Assembly: GCA_049999805.1 (NCBI GenBank)
Contig: JBNGIO010006079.1
Coordinates: 130,203 to 194,202 of the forward strand
DNA: 64,000 nucleotides
Direction: 5' to 3'
From: Folioceros fuciformis
Taxonomy: Eukaryota
Below, piece after piece: positions 42,168 through 54,075 of the stretch. Every line of letters begins with the position of its first letter. Within the stretch, counting starts at the first letter, position 1. The translations under genes were made by a program, and so were the position numbers. Below the pieces are notes generated by a model. That model was not told the DNA's origin. It ran no database searches and saw only the letters and a program-made list of their open reading frames with translations.

Positions 42168-43472
42168 TCATGACGAGTCGATGTAGCGGATGGAGCCTCG
42201 GCGCATCCAGAGCTGGTAGCACAGCATGAAGAATGCGTCCATAGGTTGGGGAGGATTATGCCATGCAAGGTGCACTGCAACATCGGCTCCAGACTGTTGC
42301 ATCTCCTCGTACTCCTGGGGGGTGATGGCTTGTAGCAAGGTCTTCAGTTGCTGTGTGTGCTTGGGGTGTAGAATGACAGCGAACTTCTGCCAATTGACAA
42401 CGTCTTGGAATGGCATCTCGTAGAGAAGGTGGTCAGTGATGAGCACCGGGACGCATCCGGATTGGAGCATTCCCAGAAGCCCAATGTCTTCGTCTCGGCC
42501 TAGAGTAGCGAGGCAGAACCTGCTGGACAGCATGGCTTGCCGGCAAGGATTCTCATCCCAAGTCTCAACGAAGAGAAAGTCTGCATCGTCCTTCCAGGCC
42601 TTGTAAACGTGTTGCATGAGGTCCTTTGCATCCTCAAAGTCCTCGGACTCCAGATCCCTGGCGTAGTAGACCAATGTGGCTCTTCCACTGATTCCACTCG
42701 ACGGCGCCTGCATGGCAGCAGGAGCAGGGGTTGCTGAAGGCATGGTGATGTCCTTGTGTGGGTAGAAATTGGGGTGGCCTCCTTTTGGGAAGGGGAAGCA
42801 ATCAATCCAGACTGAGTTCTTCTTGAGCTCCAAGAAATTCCTGGATGTGTCCGGGGGGAAGTCGTGACATGCAATTAGAGCATGGTCAGCTCCCAAGGAT
42901 CGGTTCCAGTAGGGATAGCTCGTTCTCAGGACCTGAATGTAGTTGTTGAGATGCCGAGCCAGCCTCTCAGAGCCTACTGCCGGACTCCGCCACAGCGAGT
43001 GCACAGAGATCGGAAGCATGAAGAACGTCGCCTTTTCCGGGGACAGCGTGACAAAACCGCTCTGCGAAAGCCTGCTGAAGAAGAAGTCTTCCGTCGAGTG
43101 AGATCCTCCCGGTGCTGCTTCGAATCCGTGCTTGCCAGATTCAGCAGGTGGGCAGATGAAGACCTTGAATTCGCTCAGCATCAAATCGTAGTTTGTGGAC
43201 CAGAAGTCGAAGGAGTGGTACACTTTGCTCCTGCTCCTGCTCCTCTCCCCTCGTTGTGCGGCCTTGAGCTCTCGGCTGTGCAGTTTGGAGGTGGATTCCT
43301 GAAGGTTGCTGTCTGCATGCCTTGGAGTTCTCGAAGTGGAAGTTGAAGGTGAAATCAACAGCGTTTGTGAGACATGACGCCTAATCAAGGCAGCAGACAC
43401 ATAAGCAGCTGCAAGCAACGCCAGAATTCGAAGCGCCCAGCCCCAACTCCACGCGCAAGCCACAACAGCCAT
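42168..43472 (-). CDS. Exostosin / GT47 glycosyltransferase, type II membrane protein, intronless
   Basis: N-terminal TM, 'PEKATFFMLPIS', 'YPYWNRSLGADH...CHDF', 'SRFCL', 'GCVPVLI', 'PFQDVVNW'. Confidence 0.87.
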   Translation of the reverse strand: MAVVACAWSWGWALRILALLAAAYVSAALIRRHVSQTLLISPSTSTSRTPRHADSNLQESTSKLHSRELKAAQRGERSRSRSKVYHSFDFWSTNYDLMLSEFKVFICPPAESGKHGFEAAPGGSHSTEDFFFSRLSQSGFVTLSPEKATFFMLPISVHSLWRSPAVGSERLARHLNNYIQVLRTSYPYWNRSLGADHALIACHDFPPDTSRNFLELKKNSVWIDCFPFPKGGHPNFYPHKDITMPSATPAPAAMQAPSSGISGRATLVYYARDLESEDFEDAKDLMQHVYKAWKDDADFLFVETWDENPCRQAMLSSRFCLATLGRDEDIGLLGMLQSGCVPVLITDHLLYEMPFQDVVNWQKFAVILHPKHTQQLKTLLQAITPQEYEEMQQSGADVAVHLAWHNPPQPMDAFFMLCYQLWMRRGSIRYIDSS

Positions 43473-43940
43473 GCCAGTATGTGGAGCTCCGGGATTGTGT
43501 TTTTGTGAGGAGATCAGTCCGATTGCTCTGCTGGTGGCAGGTATGCACGCAGTTGCTTTTTGCAGTTGAGCTGAGCCCAAGCCTTTGTACACCTCGAGAA
43601 GCTCCAGGTATCCCGTCAACAGAGGAATTCGATAGAAACTGACCGTGGAGGGGTTTCAGGGAACCTTGATCAGCCGGCACTCGAGAAAACGTGCTTGCTT
43701 GTGCAGCAGCTGAAACATGAGGAGTACTTCTACAAAGTGTCGGGCGGTTAGAGTCCTTCCCCGAAGGTTTTTAAAAAAGCTGAAGAAGGACCCAGAAGAA
43801 TAGCATCGTTCAGGAGAAGCCATGGCTGACGAACGCAAAGATTCTCATCTAGGTTCGCACCTCCTCTTTTATCGAGGTATCTCTCGATACATACACATGT
43901 ACCCTAACCTCGTCATCTACGGCCCTCTCAGGCATCAAGA

Positions 43941-44390
43941 TCAAGCATCGGGAATGGGCTTGAGCCGGGCCAGCCTTCGCACCCTATCTCGGTCGGTTTG
44001 CTCCAGCAGTCCTTGGGCCACAATCTCATCAAGGCAGAGGCAGATCTTGCCGTACTTGTCCAGAAAGGAACGCTCGCTGGGAGCCGCCTTGTTGCACACA
44101 TCCTTCACCACGGCAACCACAGTGTTGAGGACCTGCACTAGGGCTAGCTCGTCGTAGTCATCCTTCCCCACGGCGTACATGCAAACTTCCCCCACCAAGT
44201 TGTACACGATGTACACGGCCTTATGAGATGCCACAAACAGCTCCTCCTCTCTGGCAACATTCTTGAGATTCTCTGCCCCCAGCTTCAGCAAGAAGGACCT
44301 CCAGTGCACTCGCTCCTCCGGCGGAAGGCCATGGAAACGTTCCAGTAAAACATTTCCAGCTCTGTTAGCAAAGAGCAGACAAAGAATCAT
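43941..44390 (-). CDS. LOLITA: TPLATE/TSET complex small longin subunit (LOLITA/TSPOON)
   Basis: 'MILCLLFAN..GNVLLERFHG.PPEERVHWRSFLLKLGAENL...VGKDDYDELAL...ERSFLDKYGKICLCLDEIV' matches the sigma-adaptin-like TPC subunit; uninterrupted CDS. Confidence 0.88.
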   Translation of the reverse strand: MILCLLFANRAGNVLLERFHGLPPEERVHWRSFLLKLGAENLKNVAREEELFVASHKAVYIVYNLVGEVCMYAVGKDDYDELALVQVLNTVVAVVKDVCNKAAPSERSFLDKYGKICLCLDEIVAQGLLEQTDRDRVRRLARLKPIPDA

Positions 44391-44693
44391 GGCCGCTTCC
44401 GGGTCCTGGATGATGCGCTCCGGAGACAACCTGCAACTCCTACTCCAAGTAGGCGGGCTCTACTTTAGTTCCGACCTGCGTAGGGCAGCTGGGGCTGTGC
44501 TTACGTAGGTGGTACCAGAGGACTGATATTCCCGCAAGTCCGGTGTATACACCTGATTCCGCCGAATCCTTGTGAAGAGGCGACGACTCGTCTTTGATGC
44601 TGGCTGGCTTCTCGAAAGGGATTATGGAGGAGAAGCAAGTAACCAGATTTTGAGATGACACTCTCACGATGACACAGTTGGTGTCCGATAGGG

Positions 44694-47395
44694 TTAAGGA
44701 CTTCCGTGGTTCGCTTCGGTTACCGTTACTTTGCGCATGCAGCTGATGGTTGAAGAGTTCGGCTGGAGACCTTCCTGCTGCATCTGATCGAACAGCCTGA
44801 AAGCTTCCTCCGGAAATCCTTGCTGTGCATAGGCAGCTATCATGGCATTCCATGAAATTACACTGCGCCGAGGCATGTTTTCGAACTCATGACGAGCATC
44901 CCCGAGTCTGCCACATTTGGCATACATGTCCAGAACTGCTGTGCGGAGGACAACAGTCAGCTCCAAGCCACTTTTCAGCAGTTGAGAGTGCACTTGCCTG
45001 CCTTTGTGTAACGAGGCCATGATAGCACAAGCTTTCAGGGTTGAAGAAAATGTGGCTGCATTCGGTCTGACATTCTCCTGCAACATTTGCTCGAAAAGCT
45101 TGATGGCTTCCTCGCCACGCCCTTGCAATGTGTATCCTGCTATCATTGCAGTCCAAGAGACTACGTCCCGGTTTGGCATTTCATCAAAAACCCGCTTGGC
45201 ACCTTCTACGTGCCTGCACTTTGCGTACATGTCTATCAGAGCGTTTCCTAGAGAAAGGTCGGACGGTAGCTTATTCTGGATTATATCGGCGTGGACTCTC
45301 CTGCCCACTTGTAGAGATCCTGTCTCCGCACAAGCGTTGAGGACACTGGCCAACATTCGTGCATTGGGTTTGATTCTTTCATCTTCCAGTTCCTCGTAGA
45401 GCTGGATGGCTTCCTTTGCTCGACCATGCTCAGCGTAGCCTGAAATCATCGAATACCATGACAGCACATCCCGCTGGACCATGTTATCAAAAACCTGGCG
45501 GGCTTCGTACAAGCTCCCACAGCGTGAGTACATGTACAGAAGAGAGTTACCTATCAGCGGATAGCAATCTAAACCAAGCAGTCTGACGTTGTTGTGGATC
45601 TCCTTGCCAGCTTCCAGCGCTCGTATATCAGCACATGCCTTGAGAACGCTGGCGAAGGTGTCCTCCTCCACGTCAATTCCATCTTGCTTCATCTGTTCAT
45701 AAAGCAGCAAGGCTTCCTTCGCCCGACCATGCTGAACGCTTCCTGATATCATGGCATTCCATGACACTCTATCTTTGTGGGGCATTTCATCGAACACCTT
45801 TTGAGCGTCTTCCATGCTCCCACATTCGGCGTACATATCCATGAGAGCAGTACCAACCATGACATCCGACTGCAATCCAGCAACCTTCACGTGAGAGTGC
45901 ACTTGTCTGCCTTCATCTAGAGCTGAAACACTTCCACAGGCTTTCAAAACACAGGCAAACGTTGTCTTGTCTGGATCAAATTTCTCCTGCTGCATGAGTT
46001 GGTAGAGCCTGATGCCTTCCCACCCAAGCTTGTTCTTCCAACATCCATTTATCATTGCATTCCACGACACCACATCCCGTGTCGGCATGCCTTCAAAGAT
46101 ATGCCGAGCATCCTCCATGCTTCCGCACTTCGCATACATGTCCACCAAGCTGTTCTGCACAGTCAGATCACTGTCCAGTCCCAGCTTGTTCACATCAGTA
46201 TGCACTCGCCTGCCAGTTGCTAATGAAGGGACGCTCCCACAGGCTTTCAAGATGCACACAAAAGTAACATGATTCGGCCGCACCTTCTCCTCTTGCATCT
46301 GCTCGTACAGCTTGATGGCTTCCAAGCCAAGATCACGCGATGCGTATCCTGATATGACAGCAGTCCAAGCCACCACATCCCGTTCGGACATGCTCTCAAA
46401 CGATTCACGAGCCTCACTCATGCTGCCACATTTGGCATACATGTCAACCAAAGCACTCCCTACAAACAAGTTCGATCCCAACCCATGCTCCACTACGTGA
46501 GAGTGAACTCTCCTGCCCTCCACAACGTCCCCTGAACCAGCACATGCCCTCAGCACGTAAACAAAAAGCACAGCATGTGGCTTCACACCCTGCTTCATCA
46601 TCCCATCAAAAAGCTTCAATGCCTCCCGAAAGTTCCCTACATCAACATACCCTCTAATCAACGAGGCCCACGAGTACGTATTCTGCTTGTGCATCTTCCG
46701 GAACACATCCCTGGCCTCTCCCATCCTCCCAGAGCTCGCATACAGCCTGACCAGGTTCCCCCCAAGATACAGGTCCGACTCCCACCCACACCTAACAATA
46801 TGCTGATGCACCTGTCTCCCTTCTGTCCATGCATCCTTCTCAATGCAAGTCTGAAGCAGGGCGGCGTAATTCTGCTTGCTTTCGAGAACATTACCGTCCT
46901 GCTTGAACTCCACCCACAATGCCTCCCGAGCAATCAGGTTATCTGCAAGCCCTCAAAAACTCAAGTTTGGAACCTCCGCGAACGCAAGACACCATAAACC
47001 TCATGTTTAGGACCTCCACACATGCAAGCCATGAAGCTGTGGACACTGTGTGACCATGCCACGCACTTACCAACATAGGTCTGAGCTTTTCCGGCTCCTG
47101 TTGAGCCCCGCAAGTTGGAGAGAGGTGCATAACATGGTCTCCTAAGAGTCCGGGGACTGCATTGAGTTTGCCTTCGCCATTCCAACAACAGTTGCCTCGC
47201 GAAAGGCCGATTATTCCTCATTCCCTTGTCCTTCCCTCCACCTTCCGTGCAGCAATCTGCGAATCCAGCCAACACTGGGCATCTGCTCCGCTTCGATTCC
47301 TGGCGACACACCAACGCAACTGCTGATTCTCGGCTCCCAGGACTCAGAGCCCTTTCATCACATATTACACTTGACATCTTCAGCTTCCGGACCAT
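44694..47395 (-). CDS. PLS-class PPR protein lacking E/DYW extension, 2 exons
   Basis: Long P-L-S array 44694-46919; in-frame splice G|GTAAGT (~47071) to TGCAG|AT (~46942) links ORF 46961-47395 as N-terminal exon. Confidence 0.85.
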
Positions 47396-47673
47396 CGTTC
47401 AGTAGGACACACGTACTGAGTGTTTATTTTAAATTAGCTCTTGATTTATACCTATCTTTTTAGACGTTTGAAATGTTTGACACCCAATCGGTAGGGTAGG
47501 TACGGGCATTGCCAGAAGTTGTGGAAATCGTATGGGACATTTCCTACATGAGATGCACAGAGCTGACTTCAGATTCCTGGCTGAAAGGGATGTCAGCAGA
47601 CTCGCACAGCTATGGCGTCCATAGTGGCCGGCGGAATAGTTCTATGGGAGCTGCGGAAGATCGTCATTGCAAA

Positions 47674-47682
47674 TTAGGGTTT
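47674..47682 (-). promoter_or_regulatory. Telo-box (AAACCCTAA) upstream of RPA49
   Basis: TTAGGGTTT on + strand ~105 bp before the ATG of a ribosome-biogenesis gene, the usual context of plant telo-boxes. Confidence 0.5.
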
Positions 47683-47786
47683 GAGAAGTACTTTTGCTGT
47701 TTGTCGAAGGATCTAGGTTAAACCTGCCAGTTCTCCCGAGGCGTTACTGGACAATCAGAGCAACTGACTAGAGACATTCCGGGAAG

Positions 47787-49576
47787 ATGGAAACCGCGGG
47801 AGTCAAGCGACAGCAACGAAGTGGCCACAAGAGGCGGAGAATTGATGTGAAGATGGAGTACGTGCAGCCGTCAGGCGCGCGTGTCGGGCCGTTTGTTGGC
47901 TACTTCCCGACGGGATTCGATCCAACTGCGCCGACCTATGCCGACGTGGGAGGAGAAGAAGTGCCTCCGTTGACAGAATTGGTTGCTTTTCAGAATAGCC
48001 AGAAGTTCAAGCAGCGGCAGCATCAGGTGGTTGCCAGGGCGAATGGTAGTGTAGATTTTGTTGGGACGAACTACACTGGTGAAGCTGCTGCGTGGCATCC
48101 CTGCAGCTATGCATTGGGGGTGTTCAACAAGGATGAGGGGACGCTGAAGCTGGTGCCCATTGCTGGAGAAAAGGTTTGCTTTGTGTTTCTGCTTCGTTCA
48201 GGCGGTGCATGCGTGAGGGTGTAGGGGATAGGAATCTGGACATACGTTCTGGGATGTGCAAAGTAATGGCCAGAGGTTCGGGTGCTGGTGGGAAGTCTAT
48301 CTGATTGCTTCTTGCATTAGGTTTTCAAAATGGAGCCAAGAGTGAAAGGCGTGCGCTATGGGCATGACGAATCCGATGAAGTGAACGAGGCAGAGCTGTC
48401 CCCCGAGAAGAGGAGGCTTCAGATGGAAAGGTTGACGCACACACTTGGCAGTCAGCGTTCAAAATTAAAGGTCTGTGCATCCGGTCTGACTTCTTCCGTC
48501 TGTAGAGAGCTGGGATTTTGGTTCACTGTCGATGGTCCTGTGGTTGATATCTGACATGGGGAGCTCTTTCGACCTCGTGGTTAGCAGACTGAACGACGTG
48601 CCAGGGGCTTGATAAAGGAGTCGGCTTTAGGAGAGCTTGCAGCGGAAATGGAGGACGTTATTCACTCGGCTGGACTGAATGCCGAGCTGGTCACCAGGGA
48701 GGAAGCATTGGCAAAGGCAAATGCGGAGATAGTTAGGAACATCCCACCTCGTAACCTTGCGGCTACATCCGTTGTGAATGCGTATCCTGTCGATGAGATC
48801 ATCTCTCGCGCGGAATGGGATAGTCTGGAAACCAAAGAATTGAAGAAGGCTGCTGCAAAGCCTGCCAAAGAAGAAGAATTGCGGAGGCATAACGACTATC
48901 CAAATTTTGTGCTCAACCGGCTCCGCCGTCTTCGCGTGGAGGTATGTGTCCATTCGCTCATGCTTTCATTAATACAACTTTGTTCTGTTTGTGTCGGGAG
49001 GGGTTTGGATGTGTGTCGGTCCCACAAGTTCACATCGTTAAAGCTTTTGTATCTGGGCATGCAGGGGGATGTTGAAGGTAACGACAGACGAGCTCACCTT
49101 TTGGTGTNNNNNNNNNNNNNNNNNNNNNNNNNNNNNNNNNNNNNNNNNNNNNNNNNNNNNNNNNNNNNNNNNNNNNNNNNNNNNNNNNNNNNNNNNNNNN
49201 NNNNNNNCGGATTCCCAGTGTGGTTGTAGCAAAGTTCTTCAAGCTCTTCACGGACACTGATGCCGTTAAGGGTGGCAGTACTCAGTCCAAGGAGCAAAGG
49301 AATCTGCTGATCAGTTACATCCTTGTTCTTGGGTTAACCGTGGATGACTTTGTCGCAGATCCACATGATCTGGCTGTTGAACTCAAAATGACCGTGAACC
49401 AGGTGAAGCCTTACTATGTGGAGTTGGGTTGTAAGATGGAACAACAGAAGGGAATTGATAGGTCAGCTGCATCTGTCGACCCTCATTCAGGACGAGGGAA
49501 GTTCAGGGTGACTTTGCCTATCCCGCTGAAATTCCCTTTGCTGAACCCAAAGTTCAAGAGAGGCAGGGGGAGGTAG
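47787..49576 (+). CDS. RPA49: RNA polymerase I subunit RPA49/PAF53-like, multi-exon, contains assembly gap
   Basis: 'GPFVGYFPTGFDP', 'VDFVGTNYTGEAA...YALGVFNK..GTLKLVPI', 'LTHTLGSQRSK', 'RNIPPRN..A......AYP', 'LLISYILVLGL.VDDF.....DLA.ELKM......YYVELGCK'. Confidence 0.85.
49108..49207. other. Assembly gap (100 N)
   Basis: Run of N. Confidence 1.
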
Positions 49577-50424
49577 CGAACGTGATTAGCACGTTCCTGC
49601 CTCACGACATGCAATCATCTCTCTTACAACTCCCTGCAGGATGAGCTTTTGCTACAACGTAACAGGTTGGACACGGGCAGCATGCTGTTAAATGCGTGTT
49701 TGCTCCCTAGTCACTGCAGCTTGAGTGACTTGGTCTGTCTGCGCATCCCAAGGCGCTGGGAGCTTTGGATACCACTCACATCTGGAGTGCGACCTCGACA
49801 GAGTGTTTATGAAGGTTGAGGAACCTTCGAAAGCGACCTTTGCACTCGGGCCAAGGCAGTCCACGCAGCGTCCGAGAAATTGGAGTGGTGATATGGCCTG
49901 ACTTTGGAACGGCCACAGTCCGGTATACTGGTCTGCAATTCTGTGCATTCACGAAGAACATAGTTGTGGGCTAACGAGACCATGATCTGAGTATCCAACT
50001 TGCATGCAATTCAAAATCCTTTGGTGGGGAACTGTGCCTTGAGCATGTATACTTGTGGAGCTCGGCTAGTAGAGTCGGGAAAGCAAATGTTTTCACTTGG
50101 TTGTTCACGAACTCTGATCTTCGAATTTTAGGAAACCCAATGAGGCTGTGCTTTGAGATGCGCTGCTCGGATGTGTCACAGTGAGGCGTGTGCATCACGG
50201 CATGTATGTGTAGTTGCAGATTGTCTGCGAGAGCTGCTTACAGATATAAAAGATGGACCACCTTCCTCTGCACAGCCTGTGTTTGGGCTGCTCTGCAACG
50301 GCAACTCTGGAATGAAAATTCTGAGGCTGCTCTACGACACCAACTATCGGGCTTGCCACACGAACTTCAACGTTTAATGAAAATGTGAAGAAATGAACAA
50401 GGGTTCAATTCTTCGGTGTTTGCC

Positions 50425-50524
50425 NNNNNNNNNNNNNNNNNNNNNNNNNNNNNNNNNNNNNNNNNNNNNNNNNNNNNNNNNNNNNNNNNNNNNNNNNNNN
50501 NNNNNNNNNNNNNNNNNNNNNNNN
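50425..50524. other. Assembly gap (100 N)
   Basis: Run of N. Confidence 1.
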
Positions 50525-50976
50525 GTCCGTCGTCTGATTCTTGCTTGCCTTCTCAAGGCCCCGGTGTCTTACATTATGGCATGCATGTGCACTCAGATCC
50601 ATGCTTCCCCGACCGTTTAGTACGAGACCTTGTGGAGTAAGTAGAGGATTCCGATTCCCTCTATGACAATCCATGGCTGATTGTTTTTGACATGTTGGGT
50701 GGCTCTTGTTGGGTGAGATGTCTGATCTGACCCTTGTAGTCAGACTTCTCGCCGCGAGATCCTCCTTATTCCTCCTCGCTCCTCTCGATCAACCTTTACC
50801 GGGAAGGCCTCATCGGTTATGGGATTCAACAGGTTACGAGCTCCATACCATCTCTTTCCAACAACACTCCGTCGTGGCTTCACCTGTTAAGACTCCAACA
50901 TAGAGCTACCCTTAACATTTCTGGTCATCGGAACGCAAGAGTCCTCAGTAAGCAGCGGCAGGGACGTCACTACACA

Positions 50977-53900
50977 TTGCATTCTGTTTTCCCTGGGTAT
51001 GACGCAGACCATGGGTGGCCGCTTATCTTGAAGTGCAGCCTGGAGTGTGCTAGCGGGGCTTCACATTGGATTATGGGGAGTACGAAAAATGTTGTTGGGT
51101 CCATCAGCGCTGGCAGAGGGAGCGTTCTCAGTGATTCACATCAACTAGGGGCGGATACTTGGGCTGTGCTAATCTCAGGGTTTGCCAATTCCGGGCAAGC
51201 TAGACAGGCTCTGGAAATCTACGAGGAAATGCGGCAAGATGGAGTTGAGGCAAAGCCACATACCCTTGTGGATTTGTTGAAGGCTTGCACTTGCTTGTTG
51301 GACTTGAAACGTGCCAAGCGGATTCACGCAGACGTGGTAAGAAGTGGTCTCGAGACAGATTTGTATGTGGGCACGATGCTTGTAAATACTTACGCGAAAT
51401 GTGGAAGCGTGGAGAACGCTAGGCGGGTGTTTGAGGAAATGCCCCATCGAGATGTGGTATCCTGGAATGCCATGATAACGGGGTATTCCCAGATGGGCAA
51501 GGGTGAAGAGGCTTTGAACCTGTATACAAGGATGCAACAGGAGGGTGTGGTCCCCACTGACAGAACATATGTCGGGGCACTAAAGGCTTGCAGTAGCATA
51601 GTAGAATCGAGGGAGGAAAACGGTGGTGATCTGACGCTTGTTAGAGAACGATGCCTGGATACTGTGAGGGCAATTCATGGTGCGGTCCAAAAGGGTAGGT
51701 ATGAGTCGAATGTGTTTGTGGGAAACATGCTAGTGGATGCGTATTGCAAATGTGGGAGCCTTGAGGATGCTGAACGGGTGTTTGAAGGAATGCCTGCTCA
51801 TTCTGTCGTTTCCTGGACTGCCTTGATGTTTGGGTATGCCCAGACGGAACAAGGTGAAGAGGCTTTGAAACTGTATAGGCGGATGAGAGAGGAAGGTGTG
51901 GTTCCCGACGACCGAGCATATGTCAGCGCACTCAAGGCTTGCAGTAGCATTGCCGAATTGTGGGAAAGCAATGGCAATGATGGACTATCGAGAAGGCAAC
52001 ACCTAGAAACTGTCAGATCCATTCACTCTGATATTCGCAGGGGAAAGTTAGAGCTGGATGTGTTTGTGGGAAACATGCTAGTTGATGCGTATGCAAAGTG
52101 TGGGAGCTTGCAAGATGCAAGGCAGGTGTTTGAGAAAATGCCACATCGTGACGTAGTTTCTTGGAACGCTCTGATCTTGGGGTACTCCCAAGCAGACGAG
52201 GCTGAGAAGGCTGAGGAGGCCTTGCAGTTGTACACACGCATGCGACAAGAAGGTGCCAGTCCTAACAACCGGACGTACGTTGGTGCACTGAAAGCTTGCA
52301 TTGTCATCGGAGGATCAGGAAATGGGATTGTTAAAGAAAAATGCATGGAAACTGTGACAGCAATACACGCAGACCTTGGCAATGAGAAGAGTGATTTAGA
52401 CAAGTTCGTAGGGGCAATGCTGGTGGATGCATATGCGAAATGTGGGAGTCTGGCCAATGCCAGGTTGGTATTTGATAAAATTCCTCATCGTGATGTAGTG
52501 GTGTGGACCGCCATGATTTTGGGATGTGCACAGATGGAGAAGGGGGAAGAGGCTTTACAGCTCTTTAATCAGATGCAAAAGGAAGCCGTGATCCCAAACG
52601 AGCGAACATATCTTGGTGCACTCATGGCTTGCAGTAGCATTGCAGAACGTGAGAACACAGAAGGCAATGCTGAAACACTCCTTAAACAAAATTGTTTTAG
52701 AACAGTGAAAGCCATCCACACAGATGTTGAGAGGGCCGGGCTTGAGTCGAACCGGTTCTTGGGGAACATGCTAGTGGATGCTTACTCCAAATGTGGGAGT
52801 CTGCAGGATGCTAGACGAGTTTTTGAAAGCATGCCTCAACGTGACGTGGTTTCATGGAATTCCATGATCATCGGCTGTGCCCAGATGGAGAAGGGTGACG
52901 AGGCTTTGCAGTTGTTTGCAAAAATGAAACAGGAGGGCGTCGTCCCAAACGACCGAACATACGTAGGTGCCCTCAACGCCTGCGGTAGTGTGGCCGCTCT
53001 GGAGAAAGGGAAGGAAATTCATGCCCAGATTTTAAACGCTGGCTTGGACGCTGGCTCCTTCATGTGTAACAGTTTGATAGATATGTATGGCAAATGCTCG
53101 AGCATGGAGGTTGCCCGGCAGTTGTTTGAACTGATGCTCGTCAAAGATATCGTGGCGTGGAATTCCTTGATAGGTGGGTATGCCAGACAGGGGGAAAGTG
53201 AAGCTGTCTTCGAGCTGTTTGACAGGATGAGGCAGGAGGGTGTACAGCCCAACGAGATCACGTTTGTGGGTGTCCTCATTGTATGCAGTCATGTGGGTCT
53301 GGTGGACAGAGGACAGCAGTACTTCGAGGCTATGAGCAAGGAATTCGGCCTCACTCCTACTATCCAACACTACAACTGTATGGTGGATCTGCTCGGCCGT
53401 GCAGGCCAGGTATGCAAGGCCATGGAGACTGTGATGACGATGCCCGTCCAGTGTGACAGTGCAGTCTGGAAATGTGTCCTTGGGGCATGTCAAAAATGGG
53501 CAAACGTGGAGCTTGGAAGGCAGGCATTCGAATATGCTACCAGGTTGAATGCAAGTGATGCTGCACCCTATCTTCTAATGTCAAACATCTATGCTGCAGC
53601 TCACATGCCGGAGGAGGCAAGGAAGGTGCGGGCCATGCGAGTGAACTCACAAGCAAGGAAGGAACCAGGACGCAGTTGGTGGATGGATATGTGCGGAAAT
53701 GCCCACGTGTTCGTAGTCGGGGATCAAATCTCTCCAAACCAACCTAAACCTGTATGCCCAATTGGTACAACTTCTGTAGAGAATGAACAAGAACACATAC
53801 CAGTCGGGAAATTCTCTCTGTGTTGTAGGAGAAGAAGAAGCAGAGTGACATACTTGCATTGTCATATTCGTTCAATCACGGACTTATCTCTTAGTAAAGG

Positions 53901-54075
53901 AGGAATTCCTTATTCTCGACTACCCGTCCGCTACCTATGTTCTGGGATCCCAAACGTGTTTCATTCTTTCTCCGTCGGTCCTTGTCATAGGTGTGTGCCT
54001 GGATTCCTATTCCTACGCAAGCAATCAGTAGGCCTTGAGATTCGCTTAACTCCGACCAATTCGATTGGTCCTTGA
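50977..54075 (+). CDS. PLS-class PPR protein with E1/E2 and PG box, frameshifted tail
   Basis: Paralog of 22199-24859; 'KEPGRSWWMDMCGNAHVFVVGDQ' followed by non-homologous tail; first ATG at 51073 (MGSTK), true start uncertain. Confidence 0.9.
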   Translation: MHSVFPGYDADHGWPLILKCSLECASGASHWIMGSTKNVVGSISAGRGSVLSDSHQLGADTWAVLISGFANSGQARQALEIYEEMRQDGVEAKPHTLVDLLKACTCLLDLKRAKRIHADVVRSGLETDLYVGTMLVNTYAKCGSVENARRVFEEMPHRDVVSWNAMITGYSQMGKGEEALNLYTRMQQEGVVPTDRTYVGALKACSSIVESREENGGDLTLVRERCLDTVRAIHGAVQKGRYESNVFVGNMLVDAYCKCGSLEDAERVFEGMPAHSVVSWTALMFGYAQTEQGEEALKLYRRMREEGVVPDDRAYVSALKACSSIAELWESNGNDGLSRRQHLETVRSIHSDIRRGKLELDVFVGNMLVDAYAKCGSLQDARQVFEKMPHRDVVSWNALILGYSQADEAEKAEEALQLYTRMRQEGASPNNRTYVGALKACIVIGGSGNGIVKEKCMETVTAIHADLGNEKSDLDKFVGAMLVDAYAKCGSLANARLVFDKIPHRDVVVWTAMILGCAQMEKGEEALQLFNQMQKEAVIPNERTYLGALMACSSIAERENTEGNAETLLKQNCFRTVKAIHTDVERAGLESNRFLGNMLVDAYSKCGSLQDARRVFESMPQRDVVSWNSMIIGCAQMEKGDEALQLFAKMKQEGVVPNDRTYVGALNACGSVAALEKGKEIHAQILNAGLDAGSFMCNSLIDMYGKCSSMEVARQLFELMLVKDIVAWNSLIGGYARQGESEAVFELFDRMRQEGVQPNEITFVGVLIVCSHVGLVDRGQQYFEAMSKEFGLTPTIQHYNCMVDLLGRAGQVCKAMETVMTMPVQCDSAVWKCVLGACQKWANVELGRQAFEYATRLNASDAAPYLLMSNIYAAAHMPEEARKVRAMRVNSQARKEPGRSWWMDMCGNAHVFVVGDQISPNQPKPVCPIGTTSVENEQEHIPVGKFSLCCRRRRSRVTYLHCHIRSITDLSLSKGGIPYSRLPVRYLCSGIPNVFHSFSVGPCHRCVPGFLFLRKQSVGLEIRLTPTNSIGP

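Noticed and set aside
44430-44730. Possible spliced PPR-LOLITA fusion
   Set aside because: Available donors at the PPR end are phase 0, whereas the acceptor at ~44431 needs phase 2 to be in frame
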